NCBI RefSeq assembly: GCF_000143415.4
Contig: NW_003314289.1
Location: forward strand, 690,292-754,291
Direction of reading: 5' to 3'
Source: Selaginella moellendorffii
Lineage: Eukaryota > Plantae > Lycopodiophyta
Length of the DNA: 64,000 bases
Shown here: positions 49,706 to 61,548 of the stretch, one piece after another
Layout of the letters: each line of letters begins with the position of its first letter
Numbering within the stretch: the stretch's first letter is position 1
The notes under the pieces: generated by a model
The model's input: only the letters and a program-made list of their open reading frames with translations
Told to the model about the DNA's origin: nothing
Databases searched by the model: none
Position numbers and translations under genes: made by a program

Positions 49706-50786
49706 ATGGGGCGATTCCCAGACGAGTTACTCGAAGAAATCGTTATAAGATTACCTATCCAATCTATCATAGCTGCTAGATCTGTTTGCTCACACTGGAG
49801 GAACAAGTTGTGCGCCAAATACTTCCAGGCCAAGAAAGATTCTCGCGAACCACAGCAGCGCTGGATCATTATGGATTTCTTCCTCCTCAGTGAAGGTTTC
49901 CTGGGGGTTTTTGATACGATTGATAAGAAATGGCTCAAGATACCACTGTCCCTGCCTCCAAACACTAGATTTTCGCTTCTTTGTGGCTCCTGTGGATATC
50001 TTTGTTTCATGGACAGGCAGGCGATTACCACTCATCACATCCACCTTTGCAATCCAGTGACGCAGCAATGGCTACAAGTGAGTGATCCCTTTCTTTCTCA
50101 ACAATTCCAGGCTAACTCCACTTCTACTGCCACAGCTTCCACTGCCACGATCAATCAAAACTTCACGCTTGCACATCCGGATGTATGGAATCAGAGGCTC
50201 GAATCATTTCAAGCTCCTGATGATAGATTGCACGGATTTGCCCTCTCGGTTAGCTGGTAGTCTCTACGATTCACACACAGGAGATTGGAAGCCTCGCAGC
50301 CAAGAGTGGATCACAAACTTTACCAGCTTATGGGACAACCTAGCTATGTGCAAGGATGGGATTTACGACATGGACAAAGAAGAGTGGAGGCTGCGCGGGC
50401 AAATTTCAGATTTCCAGCCGACAACCCTTCGTCTCCGCAGAGACGGTAGCGTATTCAGGACCAAACTGGTGGGCACGAGGATCCGAGTCTATCAGCTTGA
50501 CATGGAGAGCACGCGAGAAGAGCTTGTGACAGAATCTCCAGAGAGAATGCGCGTTGAAATGCCGCCCGGGTGCTCAGGCATGATTCCATGGAGTTACTTC
50601 GATGGGCTGGACAACTTGTGGGTCGTGTGCCCAGTCCTCCCGGCGATCTACAGATACGAGCCGTGCTCTGGGCAGTGGAGCAGCTTCGATAACAAGTGGA
50701 GTGGAGCTGCAGACTTTGGCTATGCCATTTGCTGTGAGTTGAGCTTCCATGAGTTTCCTGATTGCACGATGCCATCACAAGAATAA
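49706..50786 (+). CDS. F-box protein; exons 49706-50077, 50136-50786
   Basis: FPDELLEEIVIRLPIQSIIAARSVCSHW F-box, LCNPVTQQW. Single GT-AG intron, in frame. Confidence 0.9.
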
Positions 50787-51813
50787 AATCACAGCACGGA
50801 ATTTACGACGAAGGGATATTCTCTATTTGAATTTGATTAGTCCATGGATTGATATTGTCCTCTTCCATTCTAGCTAATGTGACTATCCAGAACTCCAGAT
50901 CAAGGTGGCAAGCTTCTCACAACAAGGAGAGTCACGAGTGGTGAAGCAGCACAGTCTTTGGAGAAGCTTGGATTTACGTTGACATTTCCTGGCCAGTCTA
51001 ATATTAAATCTTTGTGGCATCTCATACAGCCATGCAGCTTGAAAGCAAGGACTTGGAAGCTACTATTTTGTCCACGGGCATTGTTCTACTACTAGGAAGG
51101 TAGTGGAGGTGAGGGGATTGCAGTATATGGTAGATCTAACTTATTCAACATGGCAGCATGGAAGTTTGTGGTGAACATATTGAAGAAAATGCTGTGAAGA
51201 TTAGCTTTTCTTGCTGTTTTTTTTTTTTTTTTTTTTTTGTAAACCATGACATACATGGTGGGATGCTTCTACAATCCTAGTGATATATAAAATTATTAGC
51301 AAAACGAATTAAAGAAAAGTTTAACAGCAGAAAACCAGATATTTTAAGCATATTCTCCACACTCACGCCTATCTCAAACTGGAATAATCAAAATACCTTC
51401 AGTCAGTGGTTAAGTTTCAAATCCACTACTAACTACAATGCAAGCTTGCATGTTTGGATGTAAAAGCTAGCTGCTCTAGTCTCTACCATTCACCTGATTC
51501 AATGTGATTCAAGCTATATATCTCCAGAAGGGAAACCCATAAAAAATGCTCCTGCATTCCAATGAAGTTATTTCGATCAACCATGTTTACATATGGAGCA
51601 ACTTCGGTTAAAAGTTGAGTCATTGGTTACACAGACCTGATGTATTTTCTTGATTTTGTGTCGAAAAACGTGGCTTTGAGAATGGTGATCTTGTTCTTGC
51701 AGCAAAGCCTTTGGTGTAAATGGTATCATCATCTGATTTTCTGATTAACTTCTGTTTAAGCTTATTTGATCCTAATCCTAGCTTGGTTAAAGATTTATCG
51801 AATCAGAGGGTTT

Positions 51814-52871
51814 ATGGGGAGGGGGAGGTCACAGTGCGACATTCCAGACGAGCTCCTCGATGAGGTTTTCATCCGGCTTCCCCTCCAATGGATCGTCACA
51901 GCTAGGTCGGTGTGTAGGCGCTGGAGAAGAAAGCTGTGCTGCAAATCCTTCTTGGCCAAGCACGATCTTCATGGGCCACAGCAGCGCTGGATCATTGTGG
52001 ATTACTTCCTCAACAGCAAGGGTTTCCTGGGGGCTTTCAACACCGTGGACAGGAAGTGGCTTGCGATTCCAGTGTTGCTGCCTCCACGCACTCGAAATTT
52101 ATCGCTGCTTTGTGGCTCTCAGGGATTCCTTTGCTTCCTGGACAGGCAAAAGCTTCACGCTAGACATGTCCACCTTTGCAATCCAGTAACGAAGCAATGG
52201 CTAAAGGTAAGCTCCTCGATCGTTTAGAACTTTGCATGAGAGTTACAAACCAGGTTCCATTGCCACGATCCATCTCGCCGTTACACTTGCACTTACGGAT
52301 CTATGGAACCAGAGGCTCGAATCATTTCAAGCTCTTGATGCTGGATCAGACTTGTGACTTGGTTCCAGTTGCTAGTCTCTACGATTCACGCACACGAAAG
52401 TGGAGGCCTCTCAACCAGGCGCTAGCCGCAAGCTTTTTCAGCTTGTGGGACAACTTAGTATTGAGCTCGAACGGGATTTACGACCTGGAGAAAGAAGAGT
52501 GGAGACTTTCTGTGCAAATACCACGGTTTCGTGCCTCTTCACTACTTCTCCGCAGGGATGGTGGCATTTTCAAGGCCAGAGTGTTAGTCGCGAAGATCAA
52601 GTTGTTTCAGCTGAGCATGGAGAGCATGCGAGATGAGCTTGTGGCTGAATCTCCAGGGGGAATGCTGCCACAGGGATCCACACCAAAGCCATGGTGTTTC
52701 TTCGATGAATTGGACAACGTGTGGATCGTGTCTCGATGGATGCCGGCAATCTTTATGTACGAGGCTAGCTCAGAGCAGTGGAGAAAGTTTGACTACAAGT
52801 GGAGCGGATTCGAGGACAGAGGTATTGCCGAGTGCTGCAATTTAAGTTTCCATCAGTTTCCTCATGCATGA
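51814..52871 (+). CDS. F-box protein, tandem paralog; exons 51814-52206, 52254-52871
   Basis: IPDELLDEVFIRLPLQWIVTARSVCRRW. Same intron position as its paralog (47-nt intron). Confidence 0.9.
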
Positions 52872-53034
52872 TATCTATGCTTTGTATTTTATTTTAAAAC
52901 TCTCATAAATGAGTTCTTCAGTAGGTTAAAGAATATGATAATCTTCCATTCAAAAACTTCCTGTCTCCCCTGTACACAAAACACTTGGTGCATAAAGGCA
53001 CTGAATGTTTCCATCAAATTATCAAATCGATAAA

Positions 53035-53322
53035 ATGCTTTATTTCGTTAAAGTGGGACTTATTCAGTAAAGTGGGACATTAATTAGCATGTGTCCACAT
53101 GCCATTTCCTAGTACTTAATTAATATTTATTAATATTTCTATCAGTTTTTTAATTTATTTTTTTATATTTCACAATATTATAACACAAAATCATATGAAA
53201 AGTTTTTAATTTATAAATTATAAAGTTAAAACTTCAATTTTTTATTGTTGTTATAAAAATGGCATGTGGCCACACACCATAAGTGGGATAATGAAAAGTC
53301 CCACTTTAACGAAATAAAGCAT
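53035..53322. mobile_element. MITE (~288 bp)
   Basis: TIR ATGCTTTATTTCGTTAAAGTGGGACTT with exact reverse complement, inner IR CCACATGCCATTT/AAATGGCATGTGG, AT-rich core, TAAA on both flanks. Confidence 0.85.
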
Positions 53323-53943
53323 TAAAGTTCAAGAACAAGGAAAGGGCCACAAAAAAACTTGCTTTTAACAGCTGTGCAGTGGTCAGTGGTCACTGTTTTC
53401 TCAAGCTTTCAAAAAAAAAGTTGATAAGTCAGAAAAGTTTGTCAGGCTGTTAGGCCGTGATCAGATTATCTCTGTCCCTTCATCCTCAAAACATCGATAT
53501 TAAGCTTTGCTAAACATCCAGACTTTCAGGTTTGATCAGATATGACTTTGAATGCTTTTCAGACTTTCCGTTTGATTGCGGCACCGTTACAGCTACAGAT
53601 GTGGGTCAATGCTCGTGGTCAATTGGTCAAGGTCAAATAAGTGGTCGTTGCTTTGCGGTTGAGTTGTTCGCATAAAATGTGGATTCACATTTACATCAAC
53701 AAAGAACCATGCCAAAATTGTGTGTAGATTCTTTGAGGGCCTTGAAGGTGTGAATGAGGGAGATCTCACGAAAGCGATTGCTGTTCGTTGTCACAGAAGC
53801 CTCCAGATTATCAAGAAAACCTCACTTTTGGCAATCGTACAGTAGCTAGTGTGTGCAATTCTTGAGATAAAAAAGTTGTTATATTAGATGTGAAAGTGAG
53901 AAGAGTGGTTTAGCATGGAGGACCAAATGCTTTAAACTAGTTG

Positions 53944-54171
53944 TTAATATGCTCGTTTTGGTGGTGTTCTTCCTTTGTTAATATTGATTCTATCTGGTGA
54001 TCCTGGTGAAATGGATGGAGATTTTCGCTTGAACACTCTGCTTGGCAACGATGCTGGTTTTGAATACACTGTGCTCGCCGACTGGAAGGGCCTGGCAGCA
54101 GCAGCACCATGGAGAAACAGGAGGAGCACGGCCAAGATCACAACCACATGAACCATCCTTGATCTCTCCAT
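53944..54171 (-). CDS. Small secreted signalling-peptide precursor (CLE/IDA-like), 75 aa
   Basis: Hydrophobic signal ending AAAA-RP, Pro-rich C-terminal motif SISPGSPDRIN after KRK, TATA-like CTATAAAAA upstream on - (~54269-54277). Confidence 0.7.
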   Translation of the reverse strand: MERSRMVHVVVILAVLLLFLHGAAAARPFQSASTVYSKPASLPSRVFKRKSPSISPGSPDRININKGRTPPKRAY

Positions 54172-54546
54172 TTCCAGAGCAGGAGAGATTGGCTAGCTGA
54201 AACTTCTGAACACAAAATTTTGAGTGCAGCTTGCTACAAAATATGATCCATCATATCAAACCGTGAGGTTTTTATAGATCTGTTTCGCACTGACCCAAGA
54301 CAAGAAGAGGGAAGTTTCGGTTCACTTTCAATACTTGAATCTCGCAGGTCTTGCTTTGATTTTGCGGCACCGTTATGGGTACAGCAAACCAAAAACTATA
54401 AAATACAGAGAAATATTCTTAAAATATAATTGAGTATTCTACGTAAACTAAAAATAAAAATATTAACTATAACAATTTTTTTTAATAATAAATAATTTTT
54501 ATTTATATTCATTCAGTATAGTTTGAAAACAGAGCTTATGCGTTAA

Positions 54547-54611
54547 GCTTTTATGGCTCAGTTGGCCGTTTAGTAAGCGGGAGGTCCTGAGTTCGACTCT
54601 CAGTAAAAGCA
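54547..54611 (+). tRNA. tRNA-Thr(AGU)-derived gene or pseudogene missing ~9 nt of the D-arm 3' strand
   Basis: Acceptor GCTTTTA/TAAAAGC-A, anticodon arm CCGT-TTAGTAA-GCGG, T-arm CTGAG-TTCGACT-CTCAG, downstream T-runs. Only 65 nt long. Confidence 0.85.
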
Positions 54612-54646
54612 TTTAGTTTTGTTTTTGCTTCCTAGGGTTTGTGGCA

Positions 54647-56996
54647 ATGCTGCTAGAAAATTTGCACTTCTCGCTCTTCACTCCACCTCCGCGAAGATTT
54701 TGTCGTCGTGGGAGAGCTCGCGAGCGCTGCTGCCATGGCTTCGTCATCGCCGGGGATTGCTGCTCCATTCGCCACGCCGCCAAAGCTCAGTAAGTACCAG
54801 CAGTGCCTCCATGGCTGGAGCTCTGAGATTTCGTCTCGAGCAGGATCTCGAGAGAGCCAGCTGATCGGAGCGGCGGATTCGAGGGAAGGAATCCCTTGAT
54901 CGGTGCATTCCACGAGAAAGGGGACGTCGTGGCTGGGAAATACAGGATTGTTGGTGTTCTTGGCAGCGGTGGCGTGGGTGTTACGTATGAGGCCGAGACC
55001 GAAAGAGGCGATGCTGTGGCTATCAAAGCCATGTCTCTGAGAAACATGAAAGGCTGGAAGGTTAGTTCTTTTTTTCTCTTCTCCGTGTGATCATGCTTGC
55101 ATTGCTTGCAGGATCTCGATCTTTTCGAAAGGGAAGCTAGAGTGTTAAAATCACTCCAGCATTCTGGGATCCCCGAATACATTGACTTCTTTGAGGTATT
55201 GCTGTTGTTTCTTTGTTTTTTTCTTTCTTCTTTCTTTTTGTTCCTTTCCTTGTTGAAGCTGAATACTAAGCTCGCAGATAGAAAACGAGAAAGATAAAGG
55301 CTTTTACATCGTCCAGAAGGTCGCAAAAGGAAAATCGTTGGCCAAGCTAGTTGAGGAGGGATGGCGAGTCTCTGAGCAGGAGGTGAAAGACATCGCCATC
55401 GAGGTTTGCAACTAAACACTTGTAGTTGCAATGGTGACATTCTCTTTTAGATTCTTGATGTCTTGAAATATCTGGGAAGCTTGAGGCCTCCTGTCATTCA
55501 TCGAGATATCAAGGTTCGTTTCGCAACTTTATGGAAGTCTCACGATCGTTCTTTGTGAATCTTTTTTCGCAGCCTGATAACATCATATTGGACGAAGCGA
55601 CTGGCAAAGTGAAGGTGGTTGATTTTGGCGCCGTGCAAGATACAACATCGTCGGCAACTTTTATCGGCAGCACTGTTGTTGGCACGGTGTGAGCTCCGCA
55701 AATCTAGTTTTTTCTTTGAGGTCTAAGCCTTTTATCGAACACAGGCTTTAGATTTTGTTTACTGAAGCGTTTTTTTTTTTTCTTGCAGTACGGCTACATG
55801 GCTCCAGAGCAATTTCAAAACCGTGCCACGCTGCAGACTGATCTGTATGGACTTGGTGGAACGCTTTTGTTCATGCTTTCGGGACGCTCTCCTGCAACGT
55901 TTCCTCAGGTTTGGAAAACATAGAAAGCCTCGGCCATCTCTAACCTTTTCAAATTTTGCAGAAAAGACTGAGGGTTGATTTCCAAAACTTTGTTTCTGCG
56001 AGCCCAAGCATGACGCGTGTGGTTGAAAAGCTTCTAGAACCAGCTCCTGAAGACAGATATCAGGTCATTGATATTTTTTCTGGTTTCCTTTACATTGTGT
56101 GATGGATGCAGTCAGCTGACGAGGTGATTCGGGCACTTCAAGATGGCGAATCTCCCGTTGTGGCAGGGGAGAGTTTTTTCGATTATGCTGCAAAAAGTCG
56201 AAAGCCATATGGAACAAAAGTTGTATGTATCTCGCTTTTTCGAACTGTTTCTATAATCGTTTTCCTTTTAAAAGGTGTTGACGAGGTTCCCAGACTCCTT
56301 GACAATCAGCATTCCTCGAGCAGGTGTTGGTGCGGCTGCTGCTACTGGAACGTTTGCTTTGGTATGTCACTCCCTTCGTTTTTCTCTAAGTTGCTCAACT
56401 ACCAGTATTGTAGGCGTGGAATTCATTCCTCTTGCTTTGGACGTTCGGAGCACCATTGCCATTCGTTTTCTTTTCTATCCCTTTCTGGTTTGTTGGATAT
56501 GGGTACGTCTCATCATTTTTAAGCGAGTTTTGTCAGCTAAAACCGTGAGGCTTGCTTCTTGCAGTCTTTCCAAAGACGCGCTCTCTGCACTCACTGTTAC
56601 AACTTTCATAGAGCTTACGAAACGTTATTTCTCAATCGAATGGAAGGTGGGAAACTTCTGGACACATCGGGTTCAAGGCTTGACACAAGACATCACTTCG
56701 GTGGAGCTTTGTGCGGAATGGGTAGAGGTTTTGTCCAATCATCTTTCCAAACTCCTGTGTCCATTTCCCAGGTACGAAACAGGCGGCGGATCAAATCGTG
56801 CTGCATCAGGGAAGGTGTCAAAGTCCACGATTTTGGAGGGGGGCTGGAGCTGGTGGAGAAGAATTGGCTAGTAAACGAGATATCGTCGTTCCTGGGGATT
56901 CCCCCGCCGCCTCCAGTCTTGGAAGAGACTTTCGTGGATAATAGAGAACGCGACTTTTGGGGGAGAGATCGAGATTTCCATGACGACTTTTGGTAG
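54647..56996 (+). CDS. Cyanobacterial-type (Pkn2/Spk-like) Ser/Thr kinase with transit-peptide-like N-terminus and C-terminal TM region; multi-exon
   Basis: Spliced: LGSGGVGVTYEA, AIKAMSLRNMKGWK|DLDLFEREARVL...HSGIPEYIDFFE, RPPVIHRDIK|PDNII, VDFGAVQD, STVVGT|YGYMAPEQF, TDLYGLGGTL. Confidence 0.85.
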
Positions 56997-57171
56997 CACT
57001 TAGAACGAGACCGGCCTCAGGTACTGTGGAGAATGTGCCAGGTAGCTAACTTGTAATTGACTTTCAGGTACAGTGAGAAAAATAAAATACACCGTGTCTA
57101 TAAGGTGAAACCGGCTTCTTCTACGGTTATCTAGTTCCTGGCAGACGAAAACTTCGGTATAGCAGTGTGAG

Positions 57172-57461
57172 ATGATGAAGGGACTCGGCTGCTTCGTTCT
57201 GCTGCTGGCGCTTTCGCCATGTATTCTTGCAGCTGGTAAGCAGTGTCAGTTTAGCTAAGATTGTCACCCTTTTGTTTGTTTCCAGTCTGCCCTCAGTACT
57301 GCATCGCAAGCGCCGATTACGTGATCTGCGAGTCTCCGTCGCCTGCGAAGTATCCGCCAGCGTGTGGGAACTGCTGCTTTGCAAAGGGAGAGATTGGAAG
57401 CCTTGCAAAGAACTGCAGCATACACCTCAAGGATGGGACTCTTCTTGCTTGCAATTTCTAG
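57172..57461 (+). CDS. Single-domain potato type II (Pin-II, MEROPS I20) protease inhibitor; exons 57172-57235, 57286-57461
   Basis: Signal peptide plus CPQYC..ADYVIC....KYPPACGNCC...NCSIHLKDG...C (8 Cys), phase-1 intron. Confidence 0.85.
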
Positions 57462-57699
57462 CTGCAAGATTTGATAGTGTCGTGTCTTAAGGTACTTTCC
57501 TATTTGGAAGAACTAATATGTGTCTCTGTTATATCAAGTTTCTTGCTACGACTTCTCGGTCACTGCGAGAATTTTCGCGCAGAAATCGTGTCTAACTTGA
57601 ACTCTTTTCCATTCGTTTGACCGGTGCGAAGTTCCAGCAACTATAAAAATCGGCATTAGTCGGGTAAAGTATGAACTTGTCCATTTGCATTCCAGGAAG

Positions 57700-57998
57700 A
57701 TGAAGCTCGCTGTCTCCTGTGCTGTTGTGCTACTGCTGGTCTCTTACCAATGCGAACTCGTCCCTGGTAAGCTAGCCAAAGTTTTTCGCTGTGCTTGACG
57801 AGTTTTTTCCTTCGTTTTTGTCCAGCATGTCCACAGTACTGCCTCTCGGATGCCGATTATGTGATCTGCAACTCGCCCGTGCCTGCAAAGTATCCGGTTT
57901 CGTGTGGAAACTGCTGCTTTGCAAGGAGCGCAGTCGGAAGCTCGAAGGATTGTAGCATTCACTTCACCGATGGGAGACTTCAGGCCTGTGGCTTCTAG
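57700..57998 (+). CDS. Second tandem Pin-II protease inhibitor; exons 57700-57766, 57826-57998
   Basis: Same 8-Cys pattern and intron. TATA box CTATAAAAA at 57641. Confidence 0.85.
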
Positions 57999-58393
57999 TT
58001 TCGTGACTAGAGAGTAACTTTCCTTCTTAATAGTAGGCATTTGATCTTTTTTCTTGGTAGTCCTCTCTCTCTCTCTCTCTCTCGGAAGATATGAGAGATC
58101 CAATCCATCGCCCATCGAATCGTCTAAGAGAGGAGATGGAGATGGGCGAGAGAAACACCACACACACAAGAAAAAAAAAAGAGTGTGAGTAACCAAACAC
58201 GCTGGAAAAGAATAAAGCCTACATGCTCGAGGAAGAAAAGGAAAGCTTTTTTGAGCGAGATTGTCTCTCACGAGATTGTTTTGGAGAAGAACCTGTCCTC
58301 CATCGCTCGGGAAAAACTCGGCTAGACCGAGAGAGAGAGCAAACAAAATTGTGTATGTACCTCACGGTAGTGAAGCGTAACCCCCGAAAGTTT

Positions 58394-59572
58394 TCACGGA
58401 TCTTCCATTTCCTGTGAAGCTCCTCCTCCGCCACCACCACCACCACCAGCGTTCTCGGCCTTTTTCACTGGTTTCTTCCTCCTCGGCTTGTTGGAGGAGA
58501 AGAGCCGGGCAATCTGGAGCTGCGTGTTGAGCATCATCTCCGCTCGCTTGGCCTCCATCTCGATCCGCCGGAGCTCCGCCTCGGCATTCAACCGAGCCAC
58601 CTCCCGCTGCATCTGGATCTGCGCCTCCTCGATTCTCAGCAGCGACTCTCCAAACGATTTCATCACCGCCACCACCTCGTTCATCGAGGACGCTCCCCCG
58701 GCATGCTTCCGCCGTTTGAATCCACCGCCGCCACAACCAACACCGCCACCACCACCACCGTTACCGCCGGCACCGCCACCGCCACCGCCACCCCGCCCAT
58801 CCAAACAAGCCACTGCCTCTTCTCGGACCCTCGAGCAAGGATCCAGCAAGCTCGTCAAGCTCCCATTCTCCTTCGCGACGTGGTGGTGTGGAGTCGTGAA
58901 GGACGTATCCTCGTCCTCGATCTCCTTCTCGCCAATCCTTCCAGCAGCGGCGGTGGCAGCCCCGGGAGTACACTGCCGGAAGTGGAGATGGCTCTCGATC
59001 TGGTTGAAAGAATCCAGCTCCATCACCGCGGGCTGTGCGTGCTCGCCGTTATCCATCCCCCCCGGCATCCCCACCACGCTCTTGAATCCATTCCTCGCCA
59101 GCAAGCTCTCCATCCTCTGGAAGAAGACCCACTTGGAATACGATCCGGGAGCGCCGCCCACTCCACTGCCCTTCATCGCCTTCTCCGCGCGGTACTTCTT
59201 CTTCATGTCCTCGATCTTGTTCTTGCACTGCGTGGGCGTCTTGGCCACCCACAATCCACTGCTGTGCGTGGCGAGCCTGTGCGCGATCTCCTCCCAGTGC
59301 TTGCTCTTGACATTCCCCCTCTCCAGCTGATTCCACTTCTCCTCGTACGCATCCAGCAAGAACCACACCTCCTGATCCGTCCAGAAGTTAAATTCCTTGC
59401 GGGCGCCATCGCCGCGGTCCTTGTCCTTGCCATCGCTGCCATCGGCGTGAGAGGGAGACTGCATCATGCCCGCCATCGCATTCATGCTCGCTTCGCCTCC
59501 CCCCTGCGCCATCCACACCCTAGAAACCCCTGGAAAACCCTCGCGATCTCTTCCCGGATCCCACACAACCAT
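58394..59572 (-). CDS. Trihelix transcription factor (SIP1/ASIL clade), intronless; start may be a downstream ATG
   Basis: WTDQEVWFLLDAYEEKW..L.RGN...HWEEIA...KTPTQCKNKIEDMKKKYRAEK...SKWVFFQRM, with a C-terminal coiled coil. Confidence 0.92.
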   Translation of the reverse strand: MVVWDPGRDREGFPGVSRVWMAQGGGEASMNAMAGMMQSPSHADGSDGKDKDRGDGARKEFNFWTDQEVWFLLDAYEEKWNQLERGNVKSKHWEEIAHRLATHSSGLWVAKTPTQCKNKIEDMKKKYRAEKAMKGSGVGGAPGSYSKWVFFQRMESLLARNGFKSVVGMPGGMDNGEHAQPAVMELDSFNQIESHLHFRQCTPGAATAAAGRIGEKEIEDEDTSFTTPHHHVAKENGSLTSLLDPCSRVREEAVACLDGRGGGGGGGAGGNGGGGGGVGCGGGGFKRRKHAGGASSMNEVVAVMKSFGESLLRIEEAQIQMQREVARLNAEAELRRIEMEAKRAEMMLNTQLQIARLFSSNKPRRKKPVKKAENAGGGGGGGGGASQEMEDP

Positions 59573-59689
59573 AGCGGCGATCCTCCTGGCACTCCACCGA
59601 ATCGATCCAATCCATCGCTCGCTGGCCGCGATCGCGCATCGACCAGATCGAGGATCGCAAGAACAAGTTAAAAAAAATGGTAGCCTAAC

Positions 59690-59850
59690 CCATCTTTTTA
59701 CTTTATTAGCCCTAAGAGCACTCCTTTATTACTTTATTACTTTGTTAGTTAATGAGCTACTTTATTAGCCCTAAGATCACTCCTTTATTACTTTATCTTT
59801 TGTTAGCTGAAGTAAACCCTTAAAATGGTCTCTCCTTTATTACTTTTTCA
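59690..59850. repeat. Short tandem duplication upstream of the trihelix gene
   Basis: TTTATTAGCCCTAAGA.CACTCCTTTATTACTTT twice, plus a partial third copy. Confidence 0.75.
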
Positions 59851-60065
59851 CTTTGTTCTTAGGAGTAATTTTTTTTCTTTCCATCCAGCGCGAGACCTTT
59901 GTCTCGGGCTGGCGATCCAAAATCTCCGAAGGTTAGGACAACACAGACGTTACTTATTTACACGAGACCTCTCTCTCCTGTAGAGTTCTTTCTTCGTGCC
60001 TGGCTTGCCGGCAATTCTCCATTCTTTTCTTTGGCGATCGATGGATGAATAGATCGATCGATCTC

Positions 60066-61548
60066 TCACAGCATTAGAGCGATCGCCGTTGCCACTAGCA
60101 CATTTCGCATAGCTGATAATCTCTGAGAATACCAACCTGGAAGAAGCAGGCACAGTTTTAGCTCGAAAAGAAGGAAGAGAGAGAGAGAGCTTACTTGAAG
60201 AACTCTGAGGCTCTGCTACTCCCGGAACAAAAGCCATGCCTCCCGAAAGTTTATCGGGAAAATCTGGAGCAGCCGAGACGAAGTCCGGTGACTTTGCAAA
60301 CCCGGTCTGGATGGAGTAAACCGGAGCGGGAGCTGGGGCGTCGTAAGCTCCAGGATAGAACAACTTTGGGGAGCGTCCATAGCTGTAGTCTGTGTATTCC
60401 TGCGACCCACCTGAGACTGGAGCTGGGCTTGGAGCTGGGCTTGGAGCGATATCAAGTCCCAGAGCGTGCCGAAACATTGGCGAAAGTTGTATATCCTTCA
60501 CCCTCCCGAACAGCGTATGGTTTAGCCTGAGGTTCTTCCGGTGCCTTGAGACCTTGAGAGCCAGCTGCCTTATTCTCGTCGAAGAAAAATGGCGTCCGGC
60601 AGGGAATACCGTAGCCTGTATGATGACAGGAGACTCCACCGTGGAGCCGTTTAGATTTGTCAGCCGAGCGATCAAAGTCTACAAGAGCAAGTAAAAGAGT
60701 TAAAGCTAAAGATGTGAGAAGAACGAGAACTATTCTAACCTCGTTGTGTTGCAGACTGATCCCACCCGCGAGCTGATGCTTGAAAACTCGAAAGTTGCTA
60801 CTCACGCCTGAGATGGTACTGTTGGGCAATGTGAAGTTGAAAAGCGACGGCCTCCTGAGAGACTTCTGCCACTTCCCAGGGACGATGCTCAATCCACCAG
60901 GAAACTTGTTGATTTGGAAATCGTACACTTGTCCGAATGTCGTTGGCGTCAGAGAAAGGTTCCTCTGTTGCAGGAAAAACTTCACGAGGCTCTTCTTGAC
61001 AGCAGACTCGTTGTAAGGCGCCCGATGGTCGGGAAGGAGCTGAAAGCGAACTTCGGCATATCTGCAATCGTTGGTTTGGTTTACGTACAATAGAGACACC
61101 TGAAAGTGACAACACGTTATACACATATATCTTGTGAAGCACGCACAGCACATACCTTCATGTTTGAGGAAGGGATATGGCTCGAAAGATTTGCCTCAAG
61201 CTCCGCTTTGTATCTTTCGATGACTGAAGCGGATCTCTGGAGCTTAAACGTGAACATGAATGGAGCTGAAAAAACAAGAGAGAAAGAAGAATTAGATGAT
61301 CCAATCTAGAAACAAGAACCAAGTACTAGAAAGAGTCTACCTTCGATGAAAGAGTTCTTCGCACCGTTGTGTCCTCTACGAATGCCAACGGTGAGCAAAA
61401 CAAACACCAAGAGCTGCAAGCTGAGAACCACCGTGACGATCCATCTCCAAGTCGACCTCTGGAAGCACGAGCGGCAGTCCTGTGGATTCACGGGACCCTC
61501 GGTCTCCAAAGCCGCCGACGATGGAGCTCCCTCATCGTTCTTCCCCAT
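60066..61548 (-). CDS. Membrane-anchored Pro-rich (hydroxyproline-rich glycoprotein-like) protein; ~5 exons
   Basis: MGKNDE, N-terminal TM, plant-conserved motifs LSLTPTTFG, KFPGGLSIVP, LFNFTL, LTNLNGSTVESP, NLRLNHTLFGRVKDIQLS, APSPAPSPAP, hydrophobic C-terminus. Confidence 0.8.

Noticed and set aside
58488-59671. 280- and 322-aa + strand ORFs
   Set aside because: GC-rich antisense frames of the trihelix gene.
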